A DNA stretch of 64,000 bases from Eledone cirrhosa (Eukaryota), in contig OZ024744.1 in the NCBI GenBank assembly GCA_964016885.1, positions 45,322,001 through 45,386,000 on the forward strand. Reading direction: 5' to 3'. Below are positions 38,001 through 51,119 of the stretch, piece by piece. The position numbers and the translations under genes were made by a program. Under the pieces are notes generated by a model. It saw nothing but the letters and a program-made list of their open reading frames with translations. It ran no database searches and was not told the origin of the DNA. The stretch's first letter is position 1; every line of letters begins with the position of its first letter.

Positions 38001-39217
38001 ACACTACATCTTAATACGGGATGTTTGTTTACAAACACGCTGAGCATTATAATAAATGTTCGGTGAATCCATAGGTACATATATATGTGTGCATGTATGT
38101 ATATATATATACATACTACTGTACGTCCGTATACATATATGTATATACCTGTACATACTTATATTTAAGTAACAGCCGAACTAAGAGTGGGAAATGAAAT
38201 TTCGTTTCATTTTTTCCGTTTATCGTTTTCGGTGCACCCGGCCGATTAACCCACTCGATATGCAAATTAGGTTACTCAGCCGTTAATATGCATAAGATAA
38301 GTATATATGTTCAACAATCTGGCAGGAAGGTATACGTTGCTGACGATAGCTAATAAGCTTGAAACTAGTACAGCGTTTCTTTGTCAGTGTTGAACAAACG
38401 AGCAACGATGATTTCTGGACACTACGGCTTAATACGGGATGTTTGTTTACAAACACACCGAACATTATAATAAATGTTCGGTGAATCCATACGTACATAT
38501 ATATATGTGTGCATGTATGTATATATACTTACATACTACCGTACGTCTGTATACATATATGTTTGTACGTGTACATACTTATATTTAAGTAACAGCCGTA
38601 CTAAGAGTGGGAAATGAAATTTCGTATCATTTTTTCCGTTTATCGTTTTCGTTGCACCCGGCCGATGAACCCACTCGATATGCAAATATGGGCTACTCAG
38701 CCGTTAATATGCATAAGGTAAGTATATACGTTCAACAATCTGGCAGGAAGGTATACGTTACTGACGATAGCTAATAAGCTTGAAACTAGTACCGCGTTCC
38801 TTTGTCAGTTTTGAATAAACGAGCAACGATGGTTGCTGGACACTACGGCTTAATACAGGATGTTTGTTTACAAACACACCGAGAATTATAATATATGTTC
38901 GGTGAATCCATACGTAAATATATATATGTGTGCATGTATGTATATATATATACATACTATTGTACTTCCGTATACATATATGTATGTATGTGTACATACT
39001 TATATTTAAGTAACAGTCGAACTAAGAGTGGGAAATGACATTTCGTTTCATTTTTTCCATTTATCGTTTACGTTGCACCCGGCCGATTAACCCACTCGAT
39101 ATGCAAATTGGGCTACTCAGCCGTTAATATGCATAAGGTAAGTATATACGTTCAACAATCTGGCAGGAAGGTATACGTTGCTGACGATAGCTAATAAGCT
39201 TGAAACTAGTACAGCGT
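29091..39217 (+). ncRNA. 25 tandem minimal type I hammerhead ribozyme motifs, 43 nt each
   Basis: Starts at 29091, 29509, 29930, 30353, 30773, 31191, 31610, 32034, 32452, 32872, 33292, 33710, 34128, 34552, 34970, 35389, 35813, 36231, 36650, 37070, 37490, 37916, 38334, 38755, 39175. Consensus: stem I ACGTTG/CAGCGT, core CTGACGA, stem II AGCT-AATA-AGCT, GAAA, stem III ACTAGT, cleavage triplet GTA. Confidence 0.9.
29509..29551 (+). ncRNA. Representative intact hammerhead ribozyme; predicted cleavage after 29545
   Basis: ACGTTG CTGACGA TAGCT AATA AGCTT GAAAC TA GTA CAGCGT. Confidence 0.9.
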
Positions 39218-39275
39218 TCCTTTGTCAGTGTTGGACAAACGAGGAAAGATGGTGAAATTATAAAATCAGAAAAAC

Positions 39276-39387
<112 letters not shown>

Positions 39388-39388
<1 letters not shown>

Positions 39389-40322
39389 CGGTATGTACAC
39401 ATTTCTTTTAAGTTTGAATTTACACCAAATTGTGTATGGTTGATTGTATATTTGGTCAGTTTCTACATGCTGTCGAAATGTTGGATAAATACTCTATTGA
39501 GGCCACCGCGAAGAGGCCACTTTCGTTTGTTTGTCGGAGATTTCTTCATAGGAGCCTTTATCCTTATAGCTTGGTCTAATTGATTTTTTTATATGGTTAA
39601 TTATGCTCATTGGCAGAGGAAATTATATATATTTTATTTATTTAATAATTCTATAGACATGATTTATGATATATTGCTCTGATTATTTAATTTATTAATT
39701 CTTCATAGAGCCACATAGTGACCGGTTGTAACATATATAACTTTATGTATATGTGAACCTTTATATTTAATAATCTCCCGTCAGGTTGAGATGCAATTTG
39801 GCGATATTTGGCTGCGCTTTCTAGCAACAAGCCTACCCGCCGTAAGCAACCAATCACATTCTTTCCAACTTGACCACGGCCATATTGTGATTCTAAGCCT
39901 TTTTCGAATCTAATTTTGGCGCGATCGCTTTGGAATACTAAGTGTCTATTTTTGAGTTTGTCTCCTGATGAATCCGAACTCTGTGGATTTCCTATTAATT
40001 GGATATCTAAAAATACGGATGAAACCATGGTCGAGATATAGTTACGGTATGTACACATTTCATCTAAGTTTGAATTTACACCAAATTGTGTATGCTTGAT
40101 TGTATATTTGGTCAGTTTCTACATGCTGTCGAAATGTTGGATAAATACTCTATTGAGGCCACCGCGAAGAGGCCACTTTCGTTTGTTTGTCGGAGATTTC
40201 TTCATAGGAGCCTTTATCCTTATAGCTTGGTCTAATTGATTTTTTTATATGGTTAATTATGCTCATTGGCAGAGGAAATTATATATATTTTATTTATCTA
40301 ATAATTCTATAGACATGATTTA

Positions 40323-40330
<8 letters not shown>
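39388..40330 (+). mobile_element. Non-coding hammerhead-bearing retroelement (Penelope pLTR-like or retrozyme), 656-bp period, ~1.4 copies
   Basis: Direct repeat 39388-39672 = 40044-40330, internal hammerhead, (TA)n on both flanks. Confidence 0.75.
39959..40038 (+). ncRNA. Type I hammerhead ribozyme with extended stem II and palindromic stem III
   Basis: Stem I TGTCTC/GAGATA, CTGATGA, stem II ATCCG...CGGAT, GAAA, stem III ACCATGGT, triplet GTC (cut after 40032). Confidence 0.85.
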
Positions 40331-40368
<38 letters not shown>

Positions 40369-40371
<3 letters not shown>

Positions 40372-42050
40372 AACGAGTAGGACCCCGACGGCTGAGCTCA
40401 AGCCGTTTCGACGGCTAATTCTGGACTAAATGAACATTTTTATCCTGGTATTTGAAAAGCCGAGCTTCTCAGGTGGTAATTCCATATATGGTAAAAGTGA
40501 TTGTCACAAGGATTGGTCAAAAGTTTGTTGTTGAGACATAATAATTCTATCATGGCAATTTGTGGAGGGAAGGGGTAGCTGAACCTGTCAGTAGAAGAAA
40601 GAGGGAGAGGGGGTAGCAGAAACCTAGTCGTGCGTTGATAGTGCCAACTACGGCTGGGCAGGAGGTCAAAGAAGATACTAGGGGGGGGGGGGGTCGAAAC
40701 AATAAGTAAAACAATATGGGGTAAATATATAGAAAAATACCGGGAGTGTTAAAAAATAATTAAGTGTGAAGAAAAAAACAATTTCTGGTTACTACAACCT
40801 TAGGACAGCTATCAAGTCTCTCACTGGTACTGCTAGACTAAAGAAAGGTTTACTAGGTGGGACGGAATTATAATGAGATCCTTTTAAGAGGTATAAGTAA
40901 ACAGCCGATCTCACTTGGAGCTTACTGTCCAGAGCCAACTCTTACACGGGTGGACGCTGTCCGTGCAATTTATGCTCGGAGGAAACTTTACAAATGCTGT
41001 TCTCGACGGACCAACTCCTAAACAAGAAAGATGAACTGGTAACTGCATGTAAACACCGATTGCGTAGGACTTACCTCGCCCTCAAACTCCATAATGACCC
41101 GGGGCGGGGGGGGGGGGGGGGGGGTAGACTGAATTAATTTTCCGTATCAAATTTTACATATACTTCGTACGAGCATTTATGTAGTTTGCACTAGCATTTT
41201 TGTAGCGTGGCGGCACCCTTAGAGATAGTATTAGTATTCTTTTTCGGGATTCTGAATTATTATTTCGTATTAGTTTTTTTGTTTTGTTTTTTGCACTGGG
41301 TGGTTGCCGGCCTTGTGCCTGGGGTAGATACCTTTATTTCGTACTGGTCTCGGGACTCTGATTTATTATTTCGTGGTAGTTTCTTTAGTATTTTGGCCCC
41401 CCACTTGTTGACCCGTCACCGTAAGATATATTCGGCTGTTTACTTGTACCCCTTAAAAGGGTCTCATTATAATTCCGTCCCACCTAGTAAACCTTTCTTT
41501 AGTCTAGCAGTACCAGTGAGAGACTTGATAGCTGTCCTTAGGTTATAGTTACCAGAAATTGTTTTTTTCTTTACACTTAATTATTTTTTAACACTCCCGG
41601 TATTTTTCTATATATTTACCCCATATTGTTTTACTTATTGTTTCGACCCCCCCCCCCCTAGTATCTTCTTTGACCTCCTGCCCAGCCGTAGTTGGCACTA
41701 TCAACCCACGACTGGGTTTCTTCCACCCCCTCTCCCTCTTTCTTCTACTGGCAGGTTCAGCTACCCCTTCCCTCCACAAATTGCAATGATAGAATTATTA
41801 TGTCTCAACAACAAACTTTTGACCAATCCTTGTGACAATCACTTTTACCTTATATGGAATTACACCCTGAGAAGCTCGGCTATTCAAATACCAGGATAAC
41901 AATTTTCATTTACTCCAGAATTAACCGTCGAAACGGCTTGAGCTCAGCCGTCAGGGTCCTACTCGTTCCTATTACCCACTCTACTACCCTAAGTATTGAG
42001 TACTTTGGTGCGTTATGGTCCACCTGGTTCCTTACCACATTTCCTTCGTT
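40369..42050 (+). mobile_element. 5'-truncated Penelope-like element with inverted 5' pLTR
   Basis: 40369-40907 is the inverted copy of 41432-41969. 40909-41100 encodes LTWSLLSRANSYTGGRCPCNLCSEETLQM..LLNKKDELVTACKH, resembling a PLE endonuclease C-terminus. Flanked by (TA)n. Confidence 0.85.
41862..41957 (+). ncRNA. Degenerate hammerhead-like motif in the Penelope pLTR (inverted copy at ~40382-40476)
   Basis: Strong stem III GAA-ACGGCT-TGAGCTC-AGCCGT-C. The core reads CTGAGAA instead of CTGANGA, and stems I and II are imperfect. Confidence 0.45.
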
Positions 42051-42060
42051 ATATATATAT

Positions 42061-42411
42061 ATATAATATAAAACGAAAAATCAGTGATGCATCTAGACTC
42101 AGTTTATTGTGTTTTACAATTGTTTCGCCGGCAGATAGCTCGAGACACGATCATTGTGTGGATCTGTCTGATTCTAGAACTGCGGGTTCTTCGGACACAT
42201 ATAATGCTTTCGGAGCAAATTTTCTCACCGGTGAGAAAATTTGCTCCGAAAATTTACCCCGAAAGCATTACATGTGTCCGAAGAACCCGCAGTTCTAGAA
42301 TCAGACAGATCCACACAATGATCGTGTCTCGAGCTATCTGCCGGCGAAACAATTGTAACACACAATAAACTGAGTCTAGATGCATCACTGATTTTTCGTT
42401 TTATATTATAT
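42061..42411. mobile_element. ~350-bp palindromic MITE/foldback next to (TA)n
   Basis: ATATAATATAAAACGAAAAATCAGTGATGCATCTAGACTC... is mirrored at the right end. Loopless centre GCAAATTTTCTCACCGGTGAGAAAATTTGC. Confidence 0.85.
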
Positions 42412-42769
42412 CACACTCTGCTCTGTAAGAACATAGAGTGCTCAACTGGCATACCGCCTATGGAAGCACCATAGCTACCATTAAACACACACACACATGC
42501 ACACATACACACAAACACACACACACATACATATATATATGTGAAAACGCGTATTGAAACATATATTGTTATAATTTATGATGGGAGGGGAGGGGGTCAT
42601 GCTACCGATTGAAACACACACATACCTGTTGGTTTTCACTTCAATTTATTATAAATTTCCAGTTGGTTCATTTGTAACACTATCTGTGACCTCCTCAGTG
42701 ACTAATTTATTATTTTTCGTCTCTCCTTTGTTTTATCCTACACCATCATGTTTGTGTGTGTTATGTGCT

Positions 42770-43060
42770 CACAACAAAATGAAAGACAAAGGGTCGTCAT
42801 CAAAAGCAGTCAATCTTCTTCTGAGATGAAGGATATAGAAGCCTTCTATGAAGGCATGAGACCTGATCAGTAATAACATGAGAGGGATCTATTTTGTTAA
42901 CAGATAAAAGTGATATTTTTAGACGCTGGAAAGAACACTTTGAAACAGTTTTCAGTTCTCCATCTCTATTGAATCATGATGTCATAAACTCAATTTCTTT
43001 TAGCCTAGAAATACCTGATTTGGACATCAACCCAGTATTTTCCCCACTCTACAATCATAT
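42770..43060 (+). mobile_element. RTE-like LINE fragment
   Basis: LTDKSDIFRRWKEHFETVF, typical of the EN-RT linker. Confidence 0.5.
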
Positions 43061-43699
43061 AGAACATTTATCCTTGCCAAACTCCATTCCTATATCCTTA
43101 GAAAACATGGTAACCAGGTAAATATTTTAATTCATACCATTTATATTCCTGGCATAAACATTCAGGTCATCCACCAATAAGCTATATTTTAGGTTTGTGT
43201 TTCTGTGAAACAACTATATATCTTTCAGACTTCAGAATAACGGACAAAGGGTTTACTGACAGAATAAATATCACAGAAAGCCTGTATTTTGTATACATAC
43301 CCCTGTGATATTCTATTTTATCAGTGACACTATAGTCTCCTTTCTCTGAATTTTAATTCAAGTTAGTGGCCCAGGAAGAAAATACATTTTCTATGGCTTT
43401 GATAATGGTATTTCGGACTTTAGCAAGTGCGAAACACTTGTCGTTTTCCTTCGATTCTTCCTTAACGCTATTGGTGTTGCTGTTGTCGAGTCCAACCATG
43501 TTAATTGTAGCAAATTTTTGCCCGATGAATTCGTAACTTAAAAGGATTTCTCTACGATTTCGAATAAAAGAGGGCTTAAATGAATATCACCAGCAAAAGA
43601 TGAAATTATATAATCAAGGTTGGTAATTGTGGCATTATCATTGGAGATATTATTCATCTTCAATTTCGTGGATAGTTTACTTGGTGAGGAGAATGATTT

Positions 43700-44055
43700 T
43701 TGACACCCTGCAGGACAAAAAACAAAACCTGACAAAGGTTGGAAGAACTCATAAGAGTTAACGGCCATCCAGAATTGTGTAAACATGTGTGCATGTATAT
43801 ATATGTATATATATGTATATACATGTACGCATGTGTATGTATATACGCGGGGACATAAACATAATCGGGCTGGATACCTGATCGCGTGGTTAAACCACTG
43901 GGAGTGAAGGACCCCTAGCTTTTGTCAGGGCATTCTTCTAGGAGAAGGCAACTCAGGAAACTGGGATAACTCTGACATAAAACCTGGGCCTCAGTAATTA
44001 CAGATAATGTTGATCTTTTCTTTTTTTCGGGTTATAGCTACTGTCACTCAGAGAG

Positions 44056-44089
<34 letters not shown>

Positions 44090-44400
44090 TGTATGTATGT
44101 ATGTATGTATGTTATGTCAGGTCACCAATTGGTGCTACTGGTAACATGTATCCCAGTACAACATGTCCCATGGTCGGGTCGTTGGCGACTAAACTGGCAA
44201 CCCCACCAAGGTTTCTTGGTGAGGAGGGTGACTTTGGACATCCTGCAGGACTAAAAACAAAACCTGTCAAAGGGCAAAGGAGCTCTTAAGAGTCAATGGC
44301 CATCCAAAATCACCGGGAGAGATGACCCCTTAGCCTTTGTCAAGGCAGAATTCTAGGAGAAGGAAAACTCTGATATAACACCTGCAACCCTGATGGTATC
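43700..44400 (+). mobile_element. Two degenerate copies of a LINE 5'-UTR-like repeat, split by microsatellites
   Basis: CCTGCAGGAC..AAACAAAACCTG at ~43706 and ~44242; TCTAGGAGAAGG(C/A)AACTC at ~43937 and ~44352. Confidence 0.45.
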
Positions 44401-44723
44401 CAATGATGTTGACTTGTTCTTCTTTTTGGTAAATATCATCTTGGTTAAGAGAGTGGGACTGGCTTTGTGCAGTGCCTTTGCTCACTATAAAAGCTTCACA
44501 GCACAGGCATTGCTTTATATCTGGAGATCTCTCTGCACTTGTCATCACATGGTACCATGGGCCCTGCACTATGTGTCAATAATGGTCACAAGTGTAGTGT
44601 TTGTACCAGAGTTTTCAAGTCGCTGGCTGGACTAAAATGTCACATTCGTTCAGCGCATCGGTAGGGGTTCTCCTACATGGATATAAAGTAGTGACCGTAC
44701 TCGAAAACGAGTTGGCAGCCGCC

Positions 44724-45068
44724 ATGTATGTATGTACGTATGTATGTATGGATGTATGTATGTATGTATGGATGTATGTATGTATGTATGTATGTATGTA
44801 TGTATTATGTTTGTATGTATGTATGTATGTATGTATGTATGTATGTATGTATGGATGGATGTATGTATGTATGTATGTATGTATGTATGTATGTATGTAT
44901 GTATGTATGTATTATGTTTGTATGTATGTATGTATGTATGTATGTATGTATGTATGTATGTATGTATGTATGTATTATGTTTGGATGTATGTATGTATGT
45001 ATGTTTGTATGTATGTATGTATGTATGTATGTATGGACGGATGGATGTTTGTATTTATCTATGTATGT
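44724..45068. repeat. (ATGT)n microsatellite
   Basis: Directly visible. Confidence 0.95.
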
Positions 45069-45959
45069 ATATTCTCTTTCTGTCCATCCACTGCTGTCCA
45101 TCATCATTACCCTCATCATCATCGTTGTCGACATTATTTAACATCTATTTTTCTTGTTAGCAGGATAGTTGAATGTGTCAGCAGAGACCAAGTTAGTACT
45201 TAACATAAGCTTCCTACCTCTCAGATGGGCCAGAGGCTGACATATGTTCTCGCAATCTACCTAGTCCCCTGGGTACATATTAATACCAACACTAGGTAAG
45301 TTGTCATGTCTTTGATATATCATGAGTCTATTTGACTCATTGGCAAGTTTTCTAGCGCTGGATGACTCTCCTTTCACTAACTCCATCACAGAGTTTATTA
45401 GGTGTATATTTGATGTAACAAACAACAGAACATTTGTTGTTCTTTTGCCACAACAGATGAGACCTCTCAAAATAATTTCTTTCTCAAAGATGAAAACTAT
45501 ATTTATACGTACCTTTCTCCATGTATGTCAAAAAAATCGAAGCCTGCACTGAGGTCAGTCCATGGTGCTTCTAGAAGTCTTGAATCCTCGAATCAGCTGT
45601 ACTTATCCGAATTTCTTCCGTTGAACCTTAGCGTCACATCATCTTGGCCATCTTGAAGCACTTTTACCTAGAATTGAAAAAAAACCCAGAAAACAACATA
45701 CAACATTTTCTATTTCATTGGTTGAGATACAGAAATAAAAAAAAATATCGAATCAAGATTGTAATGTACAAAGAAAAACATAGCAATGGTGGTGAAGGAG
45801 TCACTGAGGTGGTGGTTGAGTGTCACTGACTTTTAGATATCTCTTGGTCACAAAGTTAAAAGTAAGAGAACTATGACAAGTTAATGAAGCAGAAAATGTG
45901 AACTACACAACCTGAATATTGTGTGAGACTATGATGGTGTATGTTGAGAGCCATAAGTA

Positions 45960-46113
<154 letters not shown>

Positions 46114-46929
46114 ACTAAAGGTGTCAGCGAGGAAATTAGAGTGTAAGCAAATATAGTTTAGTAGGTGTTTCTGACTCAGGACCAATTATAGCAAGGGAAT
46201 GATAGCAGTCCAGTAACTTACCTTAGTTAAGGTTTAGTGAGAATTGTGAAGGATGATTGTGTCTGTTTCACCTTTATAAGTGAGGACAACATGCTATATT
46301 TGGTCATTTGGCTGAAGTTTGTGCTAAAGATAGTTATGTCAATACTTAAAATACGGAAATAGTCGTTGTTTTGGAAACAACAAAATGCCTATATATGATT
46401 TTGATACATTAGTAAAGTTTTATCAAACAATTAGTGTTATTTCATTCAGTTTCTTGAGTGACGGGGAGAAGCGACATACTAAGGTTGTAGAGTTATGGGT
46501 TTATAGACATTGTTTAAATATTAGCAATGTGTTGCTGTGTCCATGACCAATATATTTCGTTTAAACGATTTGTCACTAGTAAACAGTTACCATAATTGTG
46601 TGCACTTCTTTTGACAAGATTTTTTTATATTGTATCATTGCGTTCTACTACCGTACATATACCTAGAATATGACTGGGTTCAATTAGTTATACTTTCAAG
46701 GGCTTATAAAGAACCCCATTATAGCATATATTATACGATTGAACTAGTTGTTTATAAGAAGATAATTAAATATTTTATAGAGATATTTATATATGTTAAA
46801 TATAACTTCAACATTACTCTAGCTGCTTCGTTCTCAACTGTTTATTAAGCAAACACAATATAAAGCAGTGAATCAAATTTAAACTCATATATATGTATAT
46901 TTGGCAGAGTTGTACTGCTAGAGTACGTG

Positions 46930-48472
<1,543 letters not shown>

Positions 48473-48886
48473 ATAACAGATTAAAGTTTAAGCAAAGAAT
48501 CGCTGCTTTCACCCTTAACGGGATCTTCTGAAACTAACAAAGTCAATCTGTAAACGCAGGACTGGATATTTCAAAAAACGTTGCAACCGGAGGAAGACAG
48601 GAAGACGATACTTTGGTTCGTGGAAACGTTCGCTGGCTAAGAACGGGAAAAAACGAATATAATACGTCATTAATAGGAGCGGTGAAAAACAATTACGCGC
48701 AAAGACAGAACCACGTTTATGGTATAATAGAGGTCGTAGACTAATGTTCTCTTAGGTGGTGCATAGAGACGTTCTCTCTGACTGATCAGCCAGTCTGCTA
48801 ATATGCAAATCAAGCCGATCAGTCAGTGTATATTTTAGAAAATAGCATATATTTTCTCTAGTTCTGACAGTTGGTAGGTGAACAGT

Positions 48887-48936
48887 GAGCTGTACTGATG
48901 AAGGGTGATACCCAGAAACATTAGTGTCTGCAGTTC
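48887..48936 (+). ncRNA. Type I hammerhead ribozyme
   Basis: Stem I GAGCTGTA/TGCAGTTC (8 bp with G.U), CTGATGA, stem II GGGT-GAT-ACCC (A.A at base), GAAA, stem III ACA-TTAG-TGT, triplet GTC (cut after 48928). Confidence 0.8.
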
Positions 48937-50599
48937 TGTTTACATGCCAACACAAGAGCAAGAATGAAGGGTTCATTCTACTGACATGGCTTTAAAAATG
49001 AGGCTTGTTTGCATAATTGCAAATGAATCGAATGTTATTAATATTCGAAAAACTCAGATTACATTTATTGTAATCAGCTATGTAGAGCGAAACATTTTAT
49101 TATTATTATATATATATATAGATAACCGTTATATATATATATATTATTTTCTCCTAGAATTAATAATTAACTAAGCAATTTAATTAGACAATTCTGTTGA
49201 TTGGTTAATTATTTGTGCTTGTTTAATAACATCTGGTTGAGATCTTTTATTCGGAATGTTGAGCGGAAATCATTATTTCCTTAGTTAAAACTTTCAATTT
49301 ACCCGCCAAAAACCGGGGGCTGCTTCCCTTTTTGGAAATAATACGTGACAACGAAATGTTTGAAGGCTGCCTTCTGTAGCGGTCGCATTTAGTTTGTTCA
49401 CACCAGTTTGAGACAGAACGGAATCCCTGTTGATGTAATGAATCCCTTGTTCGATCATGGAATACGACAAGCTTGCGTGTTACGTAAGTTGGATAAATGA
49501 TTTCGGTTTAATAGAAACACTTCGGACGTACATCGTCCGATTTATCCAGCTCTGTTTTTTAACCTGTTAGTTCTTTCGTTACTTTGGTATTGTGTGGTTG
49601 GGTTTTGCCTGCCGCAATGTTCAATTTGTCAAGCTATTTAAACGTATGTTATTACTCTAAGGACCCTTATTGAGTGCTTTGCTAACTCATTCCTATTGTA
49701 GGTCGACTTTGCTTGGCCACAGCCAATGTTTCGATTTTACTAAGTTTCCACTTGTATTTATATATGTATATATATATAACCGTTGAAATAATTAAAATGA
49801 ATAAACGATTTATGCAACACCATCTTTCTTATAGTAAATCGCCATCGTAACTACAGATAGTGTTTTGGTAAAAACAAGAGCAAGCAGGAAAAAGTTCTCT
49901 ACATTCGAAGTGTATATATATATATATATATATATGGATAACAAGTTATCGTTATAGGTAATCCAGTTAGAGGTTGTGAGTACTCTGCGTCGTGGATAGT
50001 TTTAACGTACGGCTTGTTTGACTCAACAAGATGTTTCCATAGTTAGACAGCGAGTTCGCGGGAATTCCTATGTAGGTTATACTTGGAGTAATAATAGTGA
50101 AAGAATGAAGAGTACAACAATGGACTTTATTTCAGGTATTAACAATTGTTTCATTGACCAGGTGAGTCTAGAGGCCGCTAATCGCTCGAGTTGCATCACT
50201 CGATCTCCATTACATTATTTACCTCTGATCAAATCCTCGGAATACAAAAATAATTCATACATGGCAAGATATATATAGAGAAATAGGGTATAATCAAAAC
50301 AATAACATCAATAATAAAATATATATGATAAATAGGTAAAGAAGTTATAGATGTACAAAGTAAAAGATAAGAAAAAAGATACAGTAAAAAAGTAAAAGAA
50401 TGGAAAAATAATAGAAATATAAAGAAATAAGGATAAGTGAGAGCATATAAGTACAGAATATGATAGTGGTGGTGGTGACTAAGTGTCCGTATAAGGATGG
50501 TGTGGTGGATTTAGTGCTAACATGAAAAGTCATATTCGAAACATACATAGATACGTGCAGAGAGTCCGAGGTAGTGACAGATAAAAGAAAAAGCAATAA

Positions 50600-51118
50600 A
50601 TTAGAGATTAATTGGGAGATACTAGTATGAGACCCAAGGGCTAAGGGTGGATGGTGAAGGGAGGTTTGACAAATGTGTGTGGTAAACGTTTTGCTGATTG
50701 TCTTGTCTTAATGCGGTTTCAGGGAGAGAGGGTGGAAGAGATGTTAAGAGATTTATGATCTACTGACCAGTCGATCGCTTGACAGCTAATAGCGGTGTGA
50801 TGGTATATATTCCATACGTTAAAATCCAGGTGGTTCGGTTCTAATTTTGGGATTGCTGGTTCGAATCATGGTGGCTTGAAATTTGTGAACTTGGTAGCTA
50901 TTTTATGCCTACAGAATATTGATCTTTCTATTTTGCTGTTAAGCAGCATCTTATCGTAGCTTAAAATATGGAATAGCTCCATATTTCAAAGTCCGCAGTG
51001 GGACATTCCATTGTGGTATGCCCTTGCTCCCGATAATTTTGACCAGCTAATCCTATATTCCTGGTTTGTGTTTTTAAGCTGCCAGATGTTATTGGCGAGC
51101 ATTGTGGAGTTCTCCAGT
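50600..51118 (-). mobile_element. Penelope-like element 3' fragment; left boundary uncertain
   Basis: On -, 50890-51055 reads ISWSKLSGARAYHNGMSHCGL*NMELFHILSYDKMLLNSKIERSIFCRHK, the same C-terminal motif as 40909-41100. Confidence 0.7.
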
Positions 51119-51119
51119 C

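Larger units (their letters stand above)
28027..39243 (+). repeat. ~420-bp tandem array carrying a hammerhead ribozyme motif per monomer (retrozyme-like satellite): ~25 monomers plus a 5'-inverted 1.6-monomer block
   Basis: Spacing of 418-426 bp between successive ribozyme cores. Orientation switch at ~28707. Confidence 0.95.

Noticed and set aside
28027-39243. Array as a CRISPR array, U1 snRNA cluster or spliced-leader RNA cluster
   Set aside because: Whole monomers repeat with no unique spacers. The U1 match is only 10 nt. I found no convincing SL architecture with an Sm site. The hammerhead explains the conserved motif better.
44601-45203. MYVC-repeat ORFs and similar ORFs over (CA)n, (GA)n and (TA)n
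   Set aside because: Microsatellite translation artefacts.
50018-50278. SYVGYT motif as a GIY-YIG endonuclease remnant
   Set aside because: Only a 6-residue resemblance, with no upstream IY motif or downstream conserved His.
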